DNA of 59,489 nucleotides, taken from the NCBI GenBank assembly GCA_030141605.1, contig JAQGDQ010001146.1, positions 1 to 59,489 on the forward strand. The letters run 5' to 3'. Shown in pieces: positions 36,441 to 49,620 of the stretch (its first letter is position 1; each line of letters starts with the position of its first letter). The position numbers and the translations under genes were made by a program. The stretch comes from Tubiluchus corallicola (taxonomy: Eukaryota; Animalia; Priapulida). The notes beneath the pieces were generated by a model that saw nothing but the letters and a program-made list of their open reading frames with translations, was not told the origin of the DNA and ran no database searches.

Positions 36441-37445
36441 GATTGATCACAGTACGTGGTGCATTTCAAAAAGCACAAACCAGAACTGCTCCAGTATCAT
36501 TGGTAAAACCACCATCATTTAAAACTGTGAGTAACGTAATATAGAGTGAACGTGTTACCAAGGCTTTGCTTTATTTTAAATAATGATTCTTCTTACACTT
36601 CATTATGATGGCTATTTGCAGCAAGTTGAGAAACGTTAACAAAGTAACACAATGCTTCATACAAAATTTTATAGATATGAGGCACACCTGCTGTGCAATT
36701 GTCTGAGTAAGGTGTTACATGCAAGATTGTTCAAACACTTCAGAATTAAGCACCTGGAATACGTGTTACATGACATCTATGCAGGGTCAGTTTACACTTT
36801 TCACCATTTATCAGAACTAGCAGGTAAAAAAATCTTGTACCAGCATTCTGAGAAAATGTTAATAGATAGGCCCCACCTCACACCCTTGTAACAAAATTAC
36901 TCACATCACACTTTCAATGATAATATAAATTTATTACTGTAATGTCGTATTTTAGAATGTGGATAATTTGGGCTTACTCAAAAGCATGATAACATTCAAG
37001 TTTGTTCAGAGTAATTACTGCTCATTGTCAGTCCTGGCTTCTCCTCATCATTCTGATCAACCCAGATGAGAGCAAAAATTGCCTTAGTTTGCTGATAACA
37101 GCCTGTGCTAATGAGGGTAGGTGAGATCAGGGTACACAGATATGCCGAACTGCTGTACAAGTGCAAAGCAATATTTTTCTCCATTAGTTTGCAGGAAATC
37201 TTCTTCATAGTCTGAACACAAAAGATTCAGATTCAACCTGCACATTAAAGACAGTTTTTGCAAATTTCTCTGTCATATTTTTTTTAAATTTAATTGACAT
37301 CAGTCAGATAAACCCAACATGCTAAGTGACTTATCCTTTCCCTTAACTACACAGCTCAGTTTGTGTACTCCACTTAAGTGAACTGTGTGCTTTATTTCAC
37401 ACTTGTTGCTTCACAACAAGTATGTTGTTCACTTCCGGTGCGAAA

Positions 37446-38363
37446 TTAATGGAATTCCCTGACAACTGACTGTTGTGGGAATAAAATGTTCTTGAAAGCC
37501 AGTCTAAAGTCAGTGCTAGAAAATGCATACACGATTGGATTAACAGCACTATTGATAATTCCCAAGATAAGTAATATCTGAGATGTTTCATATTTCGTTT
37601 CTTGAGATGATATATGATAAAACATCTGATACAGTGATAAAGGACCCCAACATGCCAGAAAAGCAAAGGTAACGATGGCTAAAGTTTTTGTTGCTTTCAT
37701 TTGCATCACATTTGGATGACTTTCTTGACCACGACTGTGTATATGTAAGACGTGCCTTCTTGCAGTTCTCCAAATTAGGACATACAGCACAAGAATCACA
37801 AATACTGGTAAATAAAATGTCGAAATAAGGTAAAGAATTGATAAACTGGGTGCAGAAAAAATGTTATTCAAAGAAAAAATAACCGCTTGTATTAAAGCAA
37901 AAGTCCAAATAGTACAAAGTGCTGCGACAATGGTTTCTTTTCTCACTATGGTGTGATACTTGAATGGATGAACAACAGCCACATATCTTTCAGCAGCTAT
38001 CAAGCACAGATGATATACACTTGCACTCATCATTGAACTTTCAGATGTGTTAAGTATCGATGTATATGTGAGGTTTAATCTCACTGCTGGATAAAAGATC
38101 ACAGTGATTTCTATTAGAACAGGTATGGCAACAAGTAAGTCAGTCACTGCAAGCGATGCTATAAACACATTCGTTTTTGTTTGTAAGCGAGGAATCTTAT
38201 AAATTGCAATCAACACTAATAAGTTTCCAGCAATTATAGCCAAGTCGGATAATGAGAGCAGCAGCACGATAATTACGATCGATAATAAATCAGTTACAAG
38301 AATGTCATCAGTTTCTGTCGTATTTCCTGCAAAAATGTCCACCGGAAATGAAGTCAAATTCAT
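37446..38363 (-). CDS. Class A orphan GPCR (A-type), 305 aa
   Basis: Intact 7TM ORF; ATG at 38363. Confidence 0.93.
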   Translation of the reverse strand: MNLTSFPVDIFAGNTTETDDILVTDLLSIVIIVLLLSLSDLAIIAGNLLVLIAIYKIPRLQTKTNVFIASLAVTDLLVAIPVLIEITVIFYPAVRLNLTYTSILNTSESSMMSASVYHLCLIAAERYVAVVHPFKYHTIVRKETIVAALCTIWTFALIQAVIFSLNNIFSAPSLSILYLISTFYLPVFVILVLYVLIWRTARRHVLHIHSRGQESHPNVMQMKATKTLAIVTFAFLACWGPLSLYQMFYHISSQETKYETSQILLILGIINSAVNPIVYAFSSTDFRLAFKNILFPQQSVVREFH

Positions 38364-39533
38364 GTTCACAATATTTTTACTTTTCAATAAGGAAAAAGTC
38401 AGAACTGCACACAAATGTAGCGCACTGTTGCCTTTGGTAAAATCCAGTAAAATTTTAAACCATCAGTCACAAGAGATAAAGCGAGTATTGATGCTTTGCC
38501 TTTCTTTTCTTGAGTGTTTATGTTACCTTTTCTCTGTGAGGGCTAGTTCTTTAAACACGCTGACATTGCAGAACGACATTAAAAGCACCTGGTTAGTACA
38601 CTATAATGCCGTTTACATAAAAGCTAACAAAAGATGATCACACTGTTTCTGTTCATATAAAATTTATAGATATCTAGCACATTTGTTAAACAATAACATA
38701 ATAGAACATACAAAGTGCTACATGCAAATGTGTAGACATTTCACAATTAGGCACACACTATACGTATATTAACACACATGCATAGACTCAGTTTATGCTG
38801 CAGGGAATGTTTTGCGCGTTTGTGATTATAATGATTTCTGTTTAGTCTGAATGCTACACAATATCACATTCAAATGTACACATAAGTACGGTCATAAAGT
38901 CCCTATTTACTGTTTGAAAATTGTATTTGAAAGAATTATATTGACAAAACTAGTTGTGTTAAATCATTTGTCGGCAGTTTTGGTCTATGAAAATTTCAGG
39001 CTTCCTTTAATACCAAAGATAGAGATTCAGATAGAGATAGTGATAGATACAAATCTCATTGATGTTTTTTGTGACTAGTAAATGTTGTTAGGAACAGACA
39101 ATGATCAGTCTCACTCCCACATTTGAACTTACTGCCTCAGTTTTCTTTTTTCCTTCGCTAAATAAAGGATTTTTCAACAGAACACAAAATATTTAAATGT
39201 CATGCGTTATACAATGTAGAATATTATTCAGAGCTTTCTGCGCATGCATATCTCTAAGGAGGCAATTTTTTGGAAGCAAGATGTTATGCAACTGCTCCCA
39301 ACCGTCGGTCTTCAGTAAACTTGGTCACAGTGCATCTTATTCCAATAAGTTCTTGAGTTGCCTGATTTTAAAGATATTGCTCAGCTGTGTGCTTTATTTC
39401 AAGCTTGTTGCTTAGTTGATTGGTTTATTCAAAACCGTTGGTAACTTGTTTACTTAATTTCAAGGATGTTGATTACTTATCACCGCCTGGTGGTGATCAG
39501 GTTGAAGAATGTTGTTCACTTAATTGTGCACAA

Positions 39534-39603
39534 TTAATGTGGTTCCTCAGACAATTTATGTGGAAACGAAATTATCTTGAAAGCCATTTTAAAGTTGGTG
39601 CTA
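39534..39603 (-). pseudogene. Duplicate of the GPCR C-terminal relic at 32439
   Basis: Same sequence at offset 7095. Confidence 0.6.
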
Positions 39604-39605
39604 TA

Positions 39606-40551
39606 CAGTGCACTCATGTGTCACTGACTCGGGACTTGACTTGGGCAAGTAATGAATGACTGTTAACTTGTCGTACTTGAAATTATGAAGCACTGACTTG
39701 ACTAGTGACTCGAACTCTGTGGCAGTAAAACATGCAATAATTATGCACATTATAACTAAGTAATCACAACCTTCTCATTTATTAAAGCATTTCACATCAA
39801 CAATCAGTCTGTGTTTATTGTCTGTAGCCACGATGTATACATTATGCCCAGCGTGGAATTCCAACTCACTAGTTCACCATCTGTGTTTGCATTTACAAAC
39901 TCAGTTATAAACTTTGCCGCATTATTACAACGTTAAATATGCACTCATCAATCCATCAGATCAATGCAGAGTGAATCATAGCCAGCTTTATAAACTGGAT
40001 AATCAAGAATTTAGTTGCCAAGCTACTATGGTGCCTATTAACTGAATGGAACTTCAGTCAAAATACCCTGTTAGCAATGCCAGACGGAGCTTGGTTTGTC
40101 AGGTAAGAGCCTATTTGACGTTTCCCAAGTGTAACTTGAATAATTTCCTATGGATTGTAATTAGTATTACTGGTTGTAATGTCGCTTTTATGTTATGGAT
40201 ACTGATATAACACCACTGCAAACTTCTTTTGAAATATAACACCATTATAAAATAATGCGTGTTGCACAGAGTCTGTTGTGCAATAATGAGCAAATTTACC
40301 CCAAAATTAACAAGCATAGTGTTTTGCCATTAAATACGAACTTGACAACTGACTAAATCTTGGACTACTTTGACTCGAAACTCGATTTGAAGTTAAACAC
40401 ATGAACATGACTCAGGACTTGATTTTGGGCATAATAACTCCAGACTTGACTCAGAGTTAGGCCTCAGCAACTTAAGACTTTACTCGGACTTGAACCCCAA
40501 GGACTTGGGACTCATGCTGGACTTGAGCCGAAAGACTTGACTACAGCACTG
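39606..40551. mobile_element. Duplicate of the hAT-like element at 32511
   Basis: Near-identical sequence at offset 7095. Confidence 0.7.
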
Positions 40552-41218
40552 AAATGTAATGAAATCATTCTCTGTTTCAATTTCCAAAACTATATATTAT
40601 CTATGTAGTTTGTAGAGCCACTCAAACTCACAAGATCCTTTGTGAAACAAGAGGTCTAAACTTTATGTTAATAACAATTGACTTGCCAATACCACAAGGA
40701 GAATATATCACAAAAATGCCATAGCTCATAGTTGATCAGTACGAAATTTATTGAATCTTGAATAAGCATATATAATATATGACAAACGTTTCAGCAGACC
40801 CAATTGCCATTGTCAATGTAGCCTAAAAACGTGGTAAATGAATACCATAATTAGTATGTCCTACAATTTCCAGTAACCGTTTCCACAACAAACAACAAGT
40901 AATGCACACAACACTCAACTGAAAAATAATTCAGGTAACAACATTCCAAAAACAGATAATTATAAATCTTAAATGTCAATCCCTACTTGCCAGAGATAAA
41001 AATTCTCAAACCACAAAATACATGGTGCAAAGCAAATATTTTGCAATAAAATTAAATAGAAATAATAAAACTGGAAAAATCCATTTGCGCATCATCCTCA
41101 GTTGTGTGCTCCATTTCAAGAATGCTGTTCAGTATTTCATGCTTGTTACTCAATGTAACTCTGCTTCAAGTATGTTATTTATTTGTGTGCTCAATTAACA
41201 GAATTCCTCGCTAACTAA

Positions 41219-42130
41219 CTAATGCGGAACCAAAATGTTCTTGAATGCCAGTCTAAAGTCAGTGCTAGAAAATGCATACACGATTGGATTAACAGCACTG
41301 TTGATAATTCCAAGGGTAAGTAAAATCTGGTATGTTTCATATTTCCTTTCATGTGATGATATATAAGAAAACACATCATACACTGATAAAGGTCCCCAGC
41401 ATACCAGAAAAACAAAGGTAACAATGACTAAAGTTTTTGCTGCTTTCATTTGTGTCACATTTGGATGGCTTTCTTGACCTTCTTGACCTTGACTGTGTAT
41501 CTGTAAGACATGTCTTCTTGCGGTTCTCCAAATTACGGCATACAGTACAAGAATCATAAATATTGATTAATAAAATGTTAAAATATAAATAATTGACATG
41601 CTCAGTGTAGCGATGCCTATGAAAATGTTACTCAAATTCAAAGCAACAAAAGTCAGTGTCAGAATCAAAGCAAAAGCCCAAGTAATGGAAAGTGCTGCAA
41701 CAATGGTTTCTTTTCTCACATGGGTGTGATACTTGAATGGATGAACAACAGCTCTTTCAGCAGCTATCTGGCATAGATGGTAAATACTTGCATGCATCAT
41801 TGAAAATTCAAATGTGTACAGTATCAATGCAGAGACGTGGTTTAATCTTACTCTGGGATAGAGCATCATTGTAATTTCTGCCGGTACAGATATGGCCGCA
41901 AGTAAGTCAGTCACTGCAAGCGATGCTATAAACACATTCATTTTTGTTTGTAAGCGAGAATTCTTGTAAATTGCAATCAACACTAATAAGTTTCCTGCAG
42001 TTATAGCCAAGACGGATAATGTGAACAGCAGCACCATAATTACGATGAATGGAAAATCAGTTACAAGAATGTCATCAGTTTCTGTTGTATTTGCTGCAGA
42101 AATGTCCAACGAAAATGAAGTCGAATTCAT
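41219..42130 (-). pseudogene. GPCR (B-type) pseudogene, sister of 34124
   Basis: In-frame TAA in TM5 at 41567-41569, plus a 6-bp deletion that removes YI from AERYI (AERAVV). Confidence 0.9.
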
Positions 42131-42680
42131 ATTCACAATATTTTTACTTTTCAAAAAGCAAAAGTCAGAGCTGTATACAAATGTAGCACACTGCCATCTT
42201 TGTTAAAATCCACCAAAATTCTAAACCACCAGTCACATAAAATAGGGTGAACATCACACCATGGCTTTGTTTTATTTTAACAAATGTTGATGGTATCTTT
42301 TCTCTGTGATAGCTAGTTCTTAAAACACCCTGATGCGCTAAAAGAGTATTAGAAGCACCTCAGTATTGCTCAGCTTCCCACTGCTTTAATGCAATATGAT
42401 GTTATTTACATTAAGAGCACCACAGAGATGATTGAAATGCTTTTCATATAAAATTTATAGGTATCAAACACACAAGTGTCAAACAATTTTGTAATACAAC
42501 AGAAGTGTTACATGCAAGATCTATGCAAACATTTCAGAATTTAGGCACACAACATATTATGTAGAATAATATATATTATATATTATTATGAAGTGTATAT
42601 TATCATCACATCTATGCAAACTCAGTTTAAACTGAGTGGAATGTTTGTGCATCAATGGTTATAAATATTTCAATTCACTC

Positions 42681-43079
42681 TGATTCTTGAATGGACAAAC
42701 AATAGCTGTATATCATTCAGCAGCAATCGGAAACAAGTACAATGCACTTATACTTACCATTCCACATTGAAATGTGCAACACGGCACTGTATGTGCCAAA
42801 TTTAATCTCACTGCCATATCGTCTTAATTTCTGCCTGTACAGATAAGCTAACAAATAAGTCAGTTACAGTGAGTGGTGCTATAAGCACATTACGTTTTGT
42901 TTGTAAACAAGAAATTTTATAAATCGCAATCAGAACTAACATGTTTCCTGCAGTTGTAGCCAAGCTTGATAATGTGAACAGCAGCACGAGAATTACGATC
43001 GCTCGCTCCACTGGACAATGGTTCCAGTTTGTGACATGTTTGCTGTGGCGAAATCAACCGAAAGTGAAGTTGAATTCAT
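42681..43079 (-). pseudogene. P-type GPCR half-gene, copy b
   Basis: Same lesions and truncation point as 36042-36440. Confidence 0.85.
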
Positions 43080-44104
43080 GATTGATCACAGTACCTGGTG
43101 CATTTCAAAAAGCACAAACCAGAACTGCTCCAGTATCATTGGTAAAAACCACCTTCATTTAAAACTGTGAGTAACGTAATATAGAGTGAACGTGTTACCA
43201 AGGCTTTGCTTTATTTTAAATAATGATTCTTCTTACACTTTATTATGATGGCCATTTGCAGCTAGTTGAGAAACGTTAACAAAGTAAAATGTTATTAGAT
43301 TTTATTCTCACATCACAATGCTTCATTCATACAAAATTTTCTAGATATGAGGCACACCTGCTGTGCAATTGTCTGAGTAAGGTGTTACATGCAAGATTGT
43401 TCAAACACTTCTGAATTAGGCACCTGGAACACGTGTTACATGACATCTATGCAGGGTCAGTTTACACTTTTCACAATCTATCAAAACTAGCAGGCAAAAA
43501 TCTTGTACCAGCATTCCGAGAAAATTTTAGTAGATAGCCCCACCTCACACCCTTGTAACAAAATTACTCATAAGACACTTTCAATGATAATATAAATTGA
43601 TTACTGTAATGTTGTATTTTAGAATGTAGATAATTTGGGCTTACTCAAAAGCATGATAACATTCAAGTGTTTTTAGAGTTATTACTGTTCATTGTCAGCC
43701 CTGGCTTCTCCTCATCATTCTGATCAACCCAGATGAGAGCCAAAATTACCTTGGTGTGCTGATAATAGCCTGCGCTAATGAGGGTAGGGGAGATCAGGGT
43801 ACACAAATATGCCGAAATGCTGTACAAGTGCAAAGCAATATTTTTATTCATTAGTTTGCAGGAAATATTCTTCAAAGTCTGAACACAAAGGATTCAACCT
43901 GCGCATTAAAGACAGTTTTTGCGAATTTCTCTGCCGTATTTTTTAAATTTAATTGACATCAGTCAGATAAACCCAACATGCTAAGTGACATATCCTTTCC
44001 CTTAACTACGCAGCCCAGTTTGTGTTCTCCACTTAAGTGAACTGTGTGCTTTATTTAACACTTGTTGCTTCACAACAAGTATGTTGTTCACTTCCGGTGC
44101 TCAG

Positions 44105-45022
44105 TTAATAGAATTCCCTGACAACTGACTGTTGTGGGAACAAAATGTTCTTGAAAGCCAATCTAAATTCAGTGCTAGAAAATGCATACACGATTGGATT
44201 AACAGCACTATTGATAATTCCCAAGGTAAGTAATATCTGAGATGTTTCATATTTCGCTTCTTGAGATAATATATGGTAAAACATCTGATACAGTGATAAA
44301 GGACCCCAGCATACCAGAAAAGCAAAGGTAACGATGGCTAAAGTTTTTGTTGCTTTCATTTGCATCAAATTTGGATGGCTTTCTTGACTACGACTGTGTA
44401 TCTGTAAGACGTGCCTTCTTGCCGTTCTCCAAATTAGGACATACAGCACAAGAATCACAAATACTGGTAAATAAAATGATGAAATAAGGTAAAAAATTGA
44501 TAAACTGCTTGCAGAAAAAATGTTATTCAAAGAAAAAATAACCGCTTGTATTAAAGCAAAAGTCCAAATAGTACAAAGTGCTGCGACAATTGTTTCTTTT
44601 CTCACTATGGTGTGATACTTGAATGGATGAACAACAGCTATATATCTTTCAGCAGCTATCAGGCACAGATGATATACACTTGCATTCATCATTGAACATT
44701 CAGCCGTGTACACTATCATAGTATATGTGAGGTTTAATCTCACAGCCGGATAGATGATCACCATGATTTCTATTAGAACAGGTATGACAACAAGTAAGTC
44801 AGTCACTGCAAGCGATGCTATAAACACATTAGTTTTTGTTTGTAAGCGAGGACTCTTATAAATTGCAATCAAAACTAACAAGTTTCCTGCAATTATAGCC
44901 AAGTCGGATAATGAGCGCAGCAGCACCATAATTACGATCAATGATAAATCAGCTACAAGAATATCACCAGTTTCTGTTGTATTTGCCGCAGCAAAATCCA
45001 CTGAAAATGAAGTAGAATTCAT
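44105..45022 (-). CDS. Class A orphan GPCR (A-type), 305 aa
   Basis: Intact 7TM ORF; ATG at 45022. Confidence 0.93.
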   Translation of the reverse strand: MNSTSFSVDFAAANTTETGDILVADLSLIVIMVLLRSLSDLAIIAGNLLVLIAIYKSPRLQTKTNVFIASLAVTDLLVVIPVLIEIMVIIYPAVRLNLTYTMIVYTAECSMMNASVYHLCLIAAERYIAVVHPFKYHTIVRKETIVAALCTIWTFALIQAVIFSLNNIFSASSLSIFYLISSFYLPVFVILVLYVLIWRTARRHVLQIHSRSQESHPNLMQMKATKTLAIVTFAFLVCWGPLSLYQMFYHILSQEAKYETSQILLTLGIINSAVNPIVYAFSSTEFRLAFKNILFPQQSVVREFY

Positions 45023-46802
45023 ATTCACAATATTTTTACTTCTCAAAAAGCCAAAGTCAGAGCTGTATGCAAATGTAGCTCACTTCTGTCTTTGCTAAAA
45101 TCCACCAAAATTCTAAACCACCAGTCACAGGAAATAAGATGGGCACGACACCGAGGCTTTGTTTTATTTTGAAAAATGTTGATGGTATCTTTTCTCTGTG
45201 ATAGCTGCTTCTTAAAACATACTGATGAGCTAAAAGGGTATTAGAAGCACCTCAGTATTGCTCAGCTTCCCACTGCTTTAATGCAATATGATGTTATTTA
45301 CATTAAGAGCAGCACAGAGATGATTACAATGCTTCTCATATAAAATTTATAGGTATCAAACACACAAGTGTCGAACAATTTTGTAATACAACTGAAGTGT
45401 TACATGCAAGATCTATGCAAACATTTCAGAATTTTGGCACACACAACATTACATTTTAAATAATATGTTATATATTATTATTATATGTACATTATAATCA
45501 CACCTGTGTTAACTCAGTTTACACTGAGTGGAATGTTTGTGCATCATTGGTTATAATGATTTCAATTCATTCTGGATGCTTCAAGAAATGTTTTTATGTG
45601 GCTTTATTTTCAAATGCAGATTAAAGATTTAACAATTTTTTTTGGAAATGGATCTGGGTTGTTTCTGTTGCTGTTATTGTTTTGTCATCATTGGTGCTGT
45701 TGGCGACAATAACAGAAACAATGGTGACGATGATAATAATAATGATGATGATTGTGGTAGCGATGATAATGATGATGGTTGTCTGATTATTGTTAATGTA
45801 GATTTTCTAATGTTTACCACCAAGAGTTTGCGGATCCTTGCTGTTGTTTTTTTGGGATTATTCTCTTTGTTATTTCTGGTTAATATAGTGACGAGGGCAG
45901 TATGATGATGATGTTGATGATATTGATGATACAGATGACAAAGTGGTTTTTAGTGAAACAATATAGTAAATGTGAACTTTGAGAAAATACAGGAGATGGC
46001 AGTTTTTTTCAGACATAAGTAGGAGCATAAAGTCTCTATTTACTGTTTGAAAATTGTACTTGAAAACATTGTAGTGACAAAACTTGTTAACTTAAATCAT
46101 TTGTTCTCAGTTTTGGTCATCTATATTGCAGGCTTTACCCTTTAATACCAAAGATAGAGATACAAATCCCATAGATGCTTTTTGTGACTTTTAAGACAAG
46201 TGTATGGCATTTCACAAAGCAGCATGGCAATCATGATTGATCAAAATGTAATTTATTTTATCTTGAACTAAGCTACTGTATACAATATTTGACAAACGTT
46301 TTGGCAAACAGTTGTTATATTACTATTTCCAATAACCAGTTGCACAACAAACAGCAAGTAATGCAGACAGCACTCAACTGAAAAATAATTTAGGTAACAA
46401 CATTCCAAAAACAGATAATTATAAAACTTAAATGCCAATCCCTGCCTGCCAGAGATAGACATTTTCAAACCACAAAATACATGTTGCACAACAAACAATT
46501 TGTAATGAAATTGAAAACAAATGGAACTGGAGAAACACTTGGGCCTAGCACTTTAGAAACAAATATAGCCAGCCTCTGTGTCAGTTATCAGCAAGGTGCA
46601 AACTTGGTTACAATAAAAGAGAAGGGAATCTGAACCTGCATATTGGTGACATTAACAGGTGACAGTAACTACCTTTTTTTGTTTTAATAGTTGATGTTAC
46701 CTGTCTGATTTTGATACATTACTTAGTTTTATGCCTGATATTAAGTACACTGCTTAGTTGTTTGCTCCACTTCAAGAATGTTGTTCATCTGTGGGCTTTA
46801 TT

Positions 46803-47729
46803 TCATGTTTGCTGTGGGAATAAAATGTTCTTGAAAGCCAGTCTGAAATCAGTGCTGGAAAATGCATACACGATTGGATTAACAGCACTGTTGGTAATTC
46901 CAATAGTAAGTAAAATCTGAGATGTTTCATATTTCATTTCTTGAGATGACATACAACAAAACATCTGATACAGTGTTAAAGGACCCCAGCATACCAGAAA
47001 TGCAAAGGTAACAATGGCTAAAGTTTTCGTTGCTTTCATTTTCATCACATTTGGATGGCTTTCTTGATCGTGACTGTGTATCTGTAAGACATGCCTTCTT
47101 GCGATTCTCCAAATTAGGACATACAGTACAAGAATCACAAATATTGGTAAATAAAACGTTAAAATATTAATAATAATTGTTGAGCTCAGTGTCAGTGCAT
47201 CTATAGAGCCTTTGAAAATGTCACTCAAATGCAGATTAAGAAAAATCTGTGCCTGAATCAAAGCAAAAGCCCAAGTAATGCAAAGTGCAGCGATAATGGT
47301 TTCTTTTCTCACTATGGTGTGATACCTGAATGGATGAACAACAGCTATATATCTTTCAGCAGCTATCAGGCATAGATGGTATGTACTTGCATTCATTCCT
47401 GAATATTCAAGTGTGTACAGTATCAATGCAGATATGTAGTTTAATCTTACTTTGGGATGGAACATCATGGTAATTTCTGCTGGTACAGATATGGCAACAA
47501 GTAAGTCAGTCACTGCAAGCGATGCTACAAACACATTTGTTTTTGTTTGTAAGCGAGAATTCTTGTAAATTGCAATCAACACTAATAAGTTTCCTGTAAT
47601 TATAGCCAAGTCGGTTAATGTGAACAGCAGCACGATAATTACAATCAATGATAAATCAGTTACAAGAATGTCAGCATCTTCTGTTGTATTTTCCGCAGCA
47701 AAATCCACTGAAAATGAAGTAGAATTCAT
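46803..47729 (-). CDS. Class A orphan GPCR (B-type, longer ECL2), 308 aa
   Basis: Intact 7TM ORF; ATG at 47729. Confidence 0.93.
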   Translation of the reverse strand: MNSTSFSVDFAAENTTEDADILVTDLSLIVIIVLLFTLTDLAIITGNLLVLIAIYKNSRLQTKTNVFVASLAVTDLLVAISVPAEITMMFHPKVRLNYISALILYTLEYSGMNASTYHLCLIAAERYIAVVHPFRYHTIVRKETIIAALCITWAFALIQAQIFLNLHLSDIFKGSIDALTLSSTIIINILTFYLPIFVILVLYVLIWRIARRHVLQIHSHDQESHPNVMKMKATKTLAIVTFAFLVCWGPLTLYQMFCCMSSQEMKYETSQILLTIGITNSAVNPIVYAFSSTDFRLAFKNILFPQQT

Positions 47730-48257
47730 ATTCACAATATTTTTACTTTTCAAAAAGCAAAAGTCAGAGCTGTATACAAATGTAGCACACTGCTGTCTTT
47801 GCTAAAATCCACCAAAATTCTAAACCACCATAAACAGGAAATAAGGTGGGCACGACACCGAGGCTTTGTTTTATTTTAACAAATGTTGATGGTTTCTTTC
47901 CTCTGTGATAGCTGCTTCTTAAAACGCACTGATGCGCTAAAAGGGTGTTAGAAGCACCACGGTATTTCTCAGCTTCCCACTGCTTTAATGCAATATGATA
48001 TTATTTACATTAAGAGCACCACAGAGATGATTACAATGCTTCTCATATAAAATTTATAGGTATCAAACACACAAGTGTCAAACAATTTCGTAATACAACT
48101 GAAGTGTTACATGGAAGATCTTTGCAAATATTTCAGAATTTAGGCACACACCACATTATATATTATTATGATGTGTATATTTTCACGTCTGTGCAAACTC
48201 AGTTTACACTGAGTGGAATGTTTGTGCATCATTGGTTATAAATATTTGAATTCACTC

Positions 48258-48657
48258 TGATACTTGAATGGACGAACAATAGCTGTATATCATTCAGCAG
48301 CAGTCGGATACAAGTGCAATGCACTTATACTTACCATTCCACATTGAAGTTTGTAACAAGGCACTGTATGTGCCAAATTTAATCTCACTGCCATATCATC
48401 TTAATTTCTGCCTGTACAGATAAGCTAACAAATAAGTCAGTTACAGCGAGTGGTGCTATAAGCACATTACGTTTTGTTTGTAAACAAGAAATTTTATAAA
48501 TCGCAATCAAAACTAACAAGTTTCCTGCAGTTGTAGCCAAGCTTGATAATGTGAACAGCAGCACGATAATTACGATCGCTCACTCTACTGGAAGAATGGT
48601 TCCAGTTTGTGACATGTTTGCTGTGGCGAAATCACCCGAAAGTGAAGTTGAATTCAT
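48258..48657 (-). pseudogene. P-type GPCR half-gene, copy c
   Basis: Aligns to 36042-36440 with the same WQ* stop and truncation. Confidence 0.85.
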
Positions 48658-49620
48658 GATTGATCACAGTACGTGGTGCATTTCAAAAAGCACAAACCAG
48701 AACTGCTCCAGTATCATTGGTAAAAACCACCTTCATTTAAAACTGTGAGTAACGTAATATAGAGTGAACGTGTTACCAAGGCTTTGCTTTATTTTAAATA
48801 ATGATTCTTCTTACACTTTATTATGATGGCCATTTGCAGCTAGTTGAGAAACGTTAACAAAGTAAAATGTTATTAGATTTTATTCTCACATCACAATGCT
48901 TCATTCATACAAAATTTTCTAGATATGAGGCACACCTGCTGTGCAATTGTCTGAGTAAGGTGTTACATGCAAGATTGTTCAAACACTTCTGAATTAGGCA
49001 CCTGGAACACGTGTTACATGACATCTATGCAGGGTCAGTTTACACTTTTCACAATCTATCAAAACTAGCAGGCAAAAATCTTGTACCAGCATTCCGAGAA
49101 AATTTTAGTAGATAGACCCCACCTCACACCCTTGTAACAAAATTACTCATATCACACTTTCAATAATAATATAAATTGATTACTGTAATGTCGTATTTTA
49201 GAATGTAGATAATTTGGGCTTACTCAAAAGCATGATAACATTCAAGTGTGTTCAGAGTTATTACTGCTCATTGTCAGCCCTGGCTTCTCGTCATCATTCT
49301 GATCAACCCAGATGAGAGCCAAAAATACCTTGGTGTGCTGATAATAGCCTGTGCTAATGAGGGTAGGGGAGATCAGGGTACACAGATATGCCGAAATGCT
49401 GTACAAGTGCAAAGCAATATTTTTACCCATTAGTTTGCAGGAAATCTTCTTCAAAGTCTGAACACAAAGGATTCAACCTGCGCATTAAAGACAGTTTTTG
49501 CAAATTTCTCTGTCGTATTTTTTAATTTAATTGACATCAGTCAGGTAAACCCAACGTGCTAAGTCACTTATCCTTTCCTTTAAGTACACAGCTCAGTTGT
49601 GTGCTCCACTTTGAGAATGT

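Larger units (their letters stand above)
31540..45100. repeat. Tandem segmental duplication, offset 7095 bp (about 6.65 kb distal to a ~450-bp insert)
   Basis: Near-identical paired ORFs at 31756/38851, 32102/39197, 33016/40111 and 34124/41219 (offset 7095), then 36169/42808 and 37446/44105. Confidence 0.93.

Noticed and set aside
45642-45905. Asp/Asn-rich ORF with hydrophobic ends (also 53939-54316)
   Set aside because: It is decayed GAT/AAT/GTT microsatellite sequence; the homologous copy near 56540 is disrupted.
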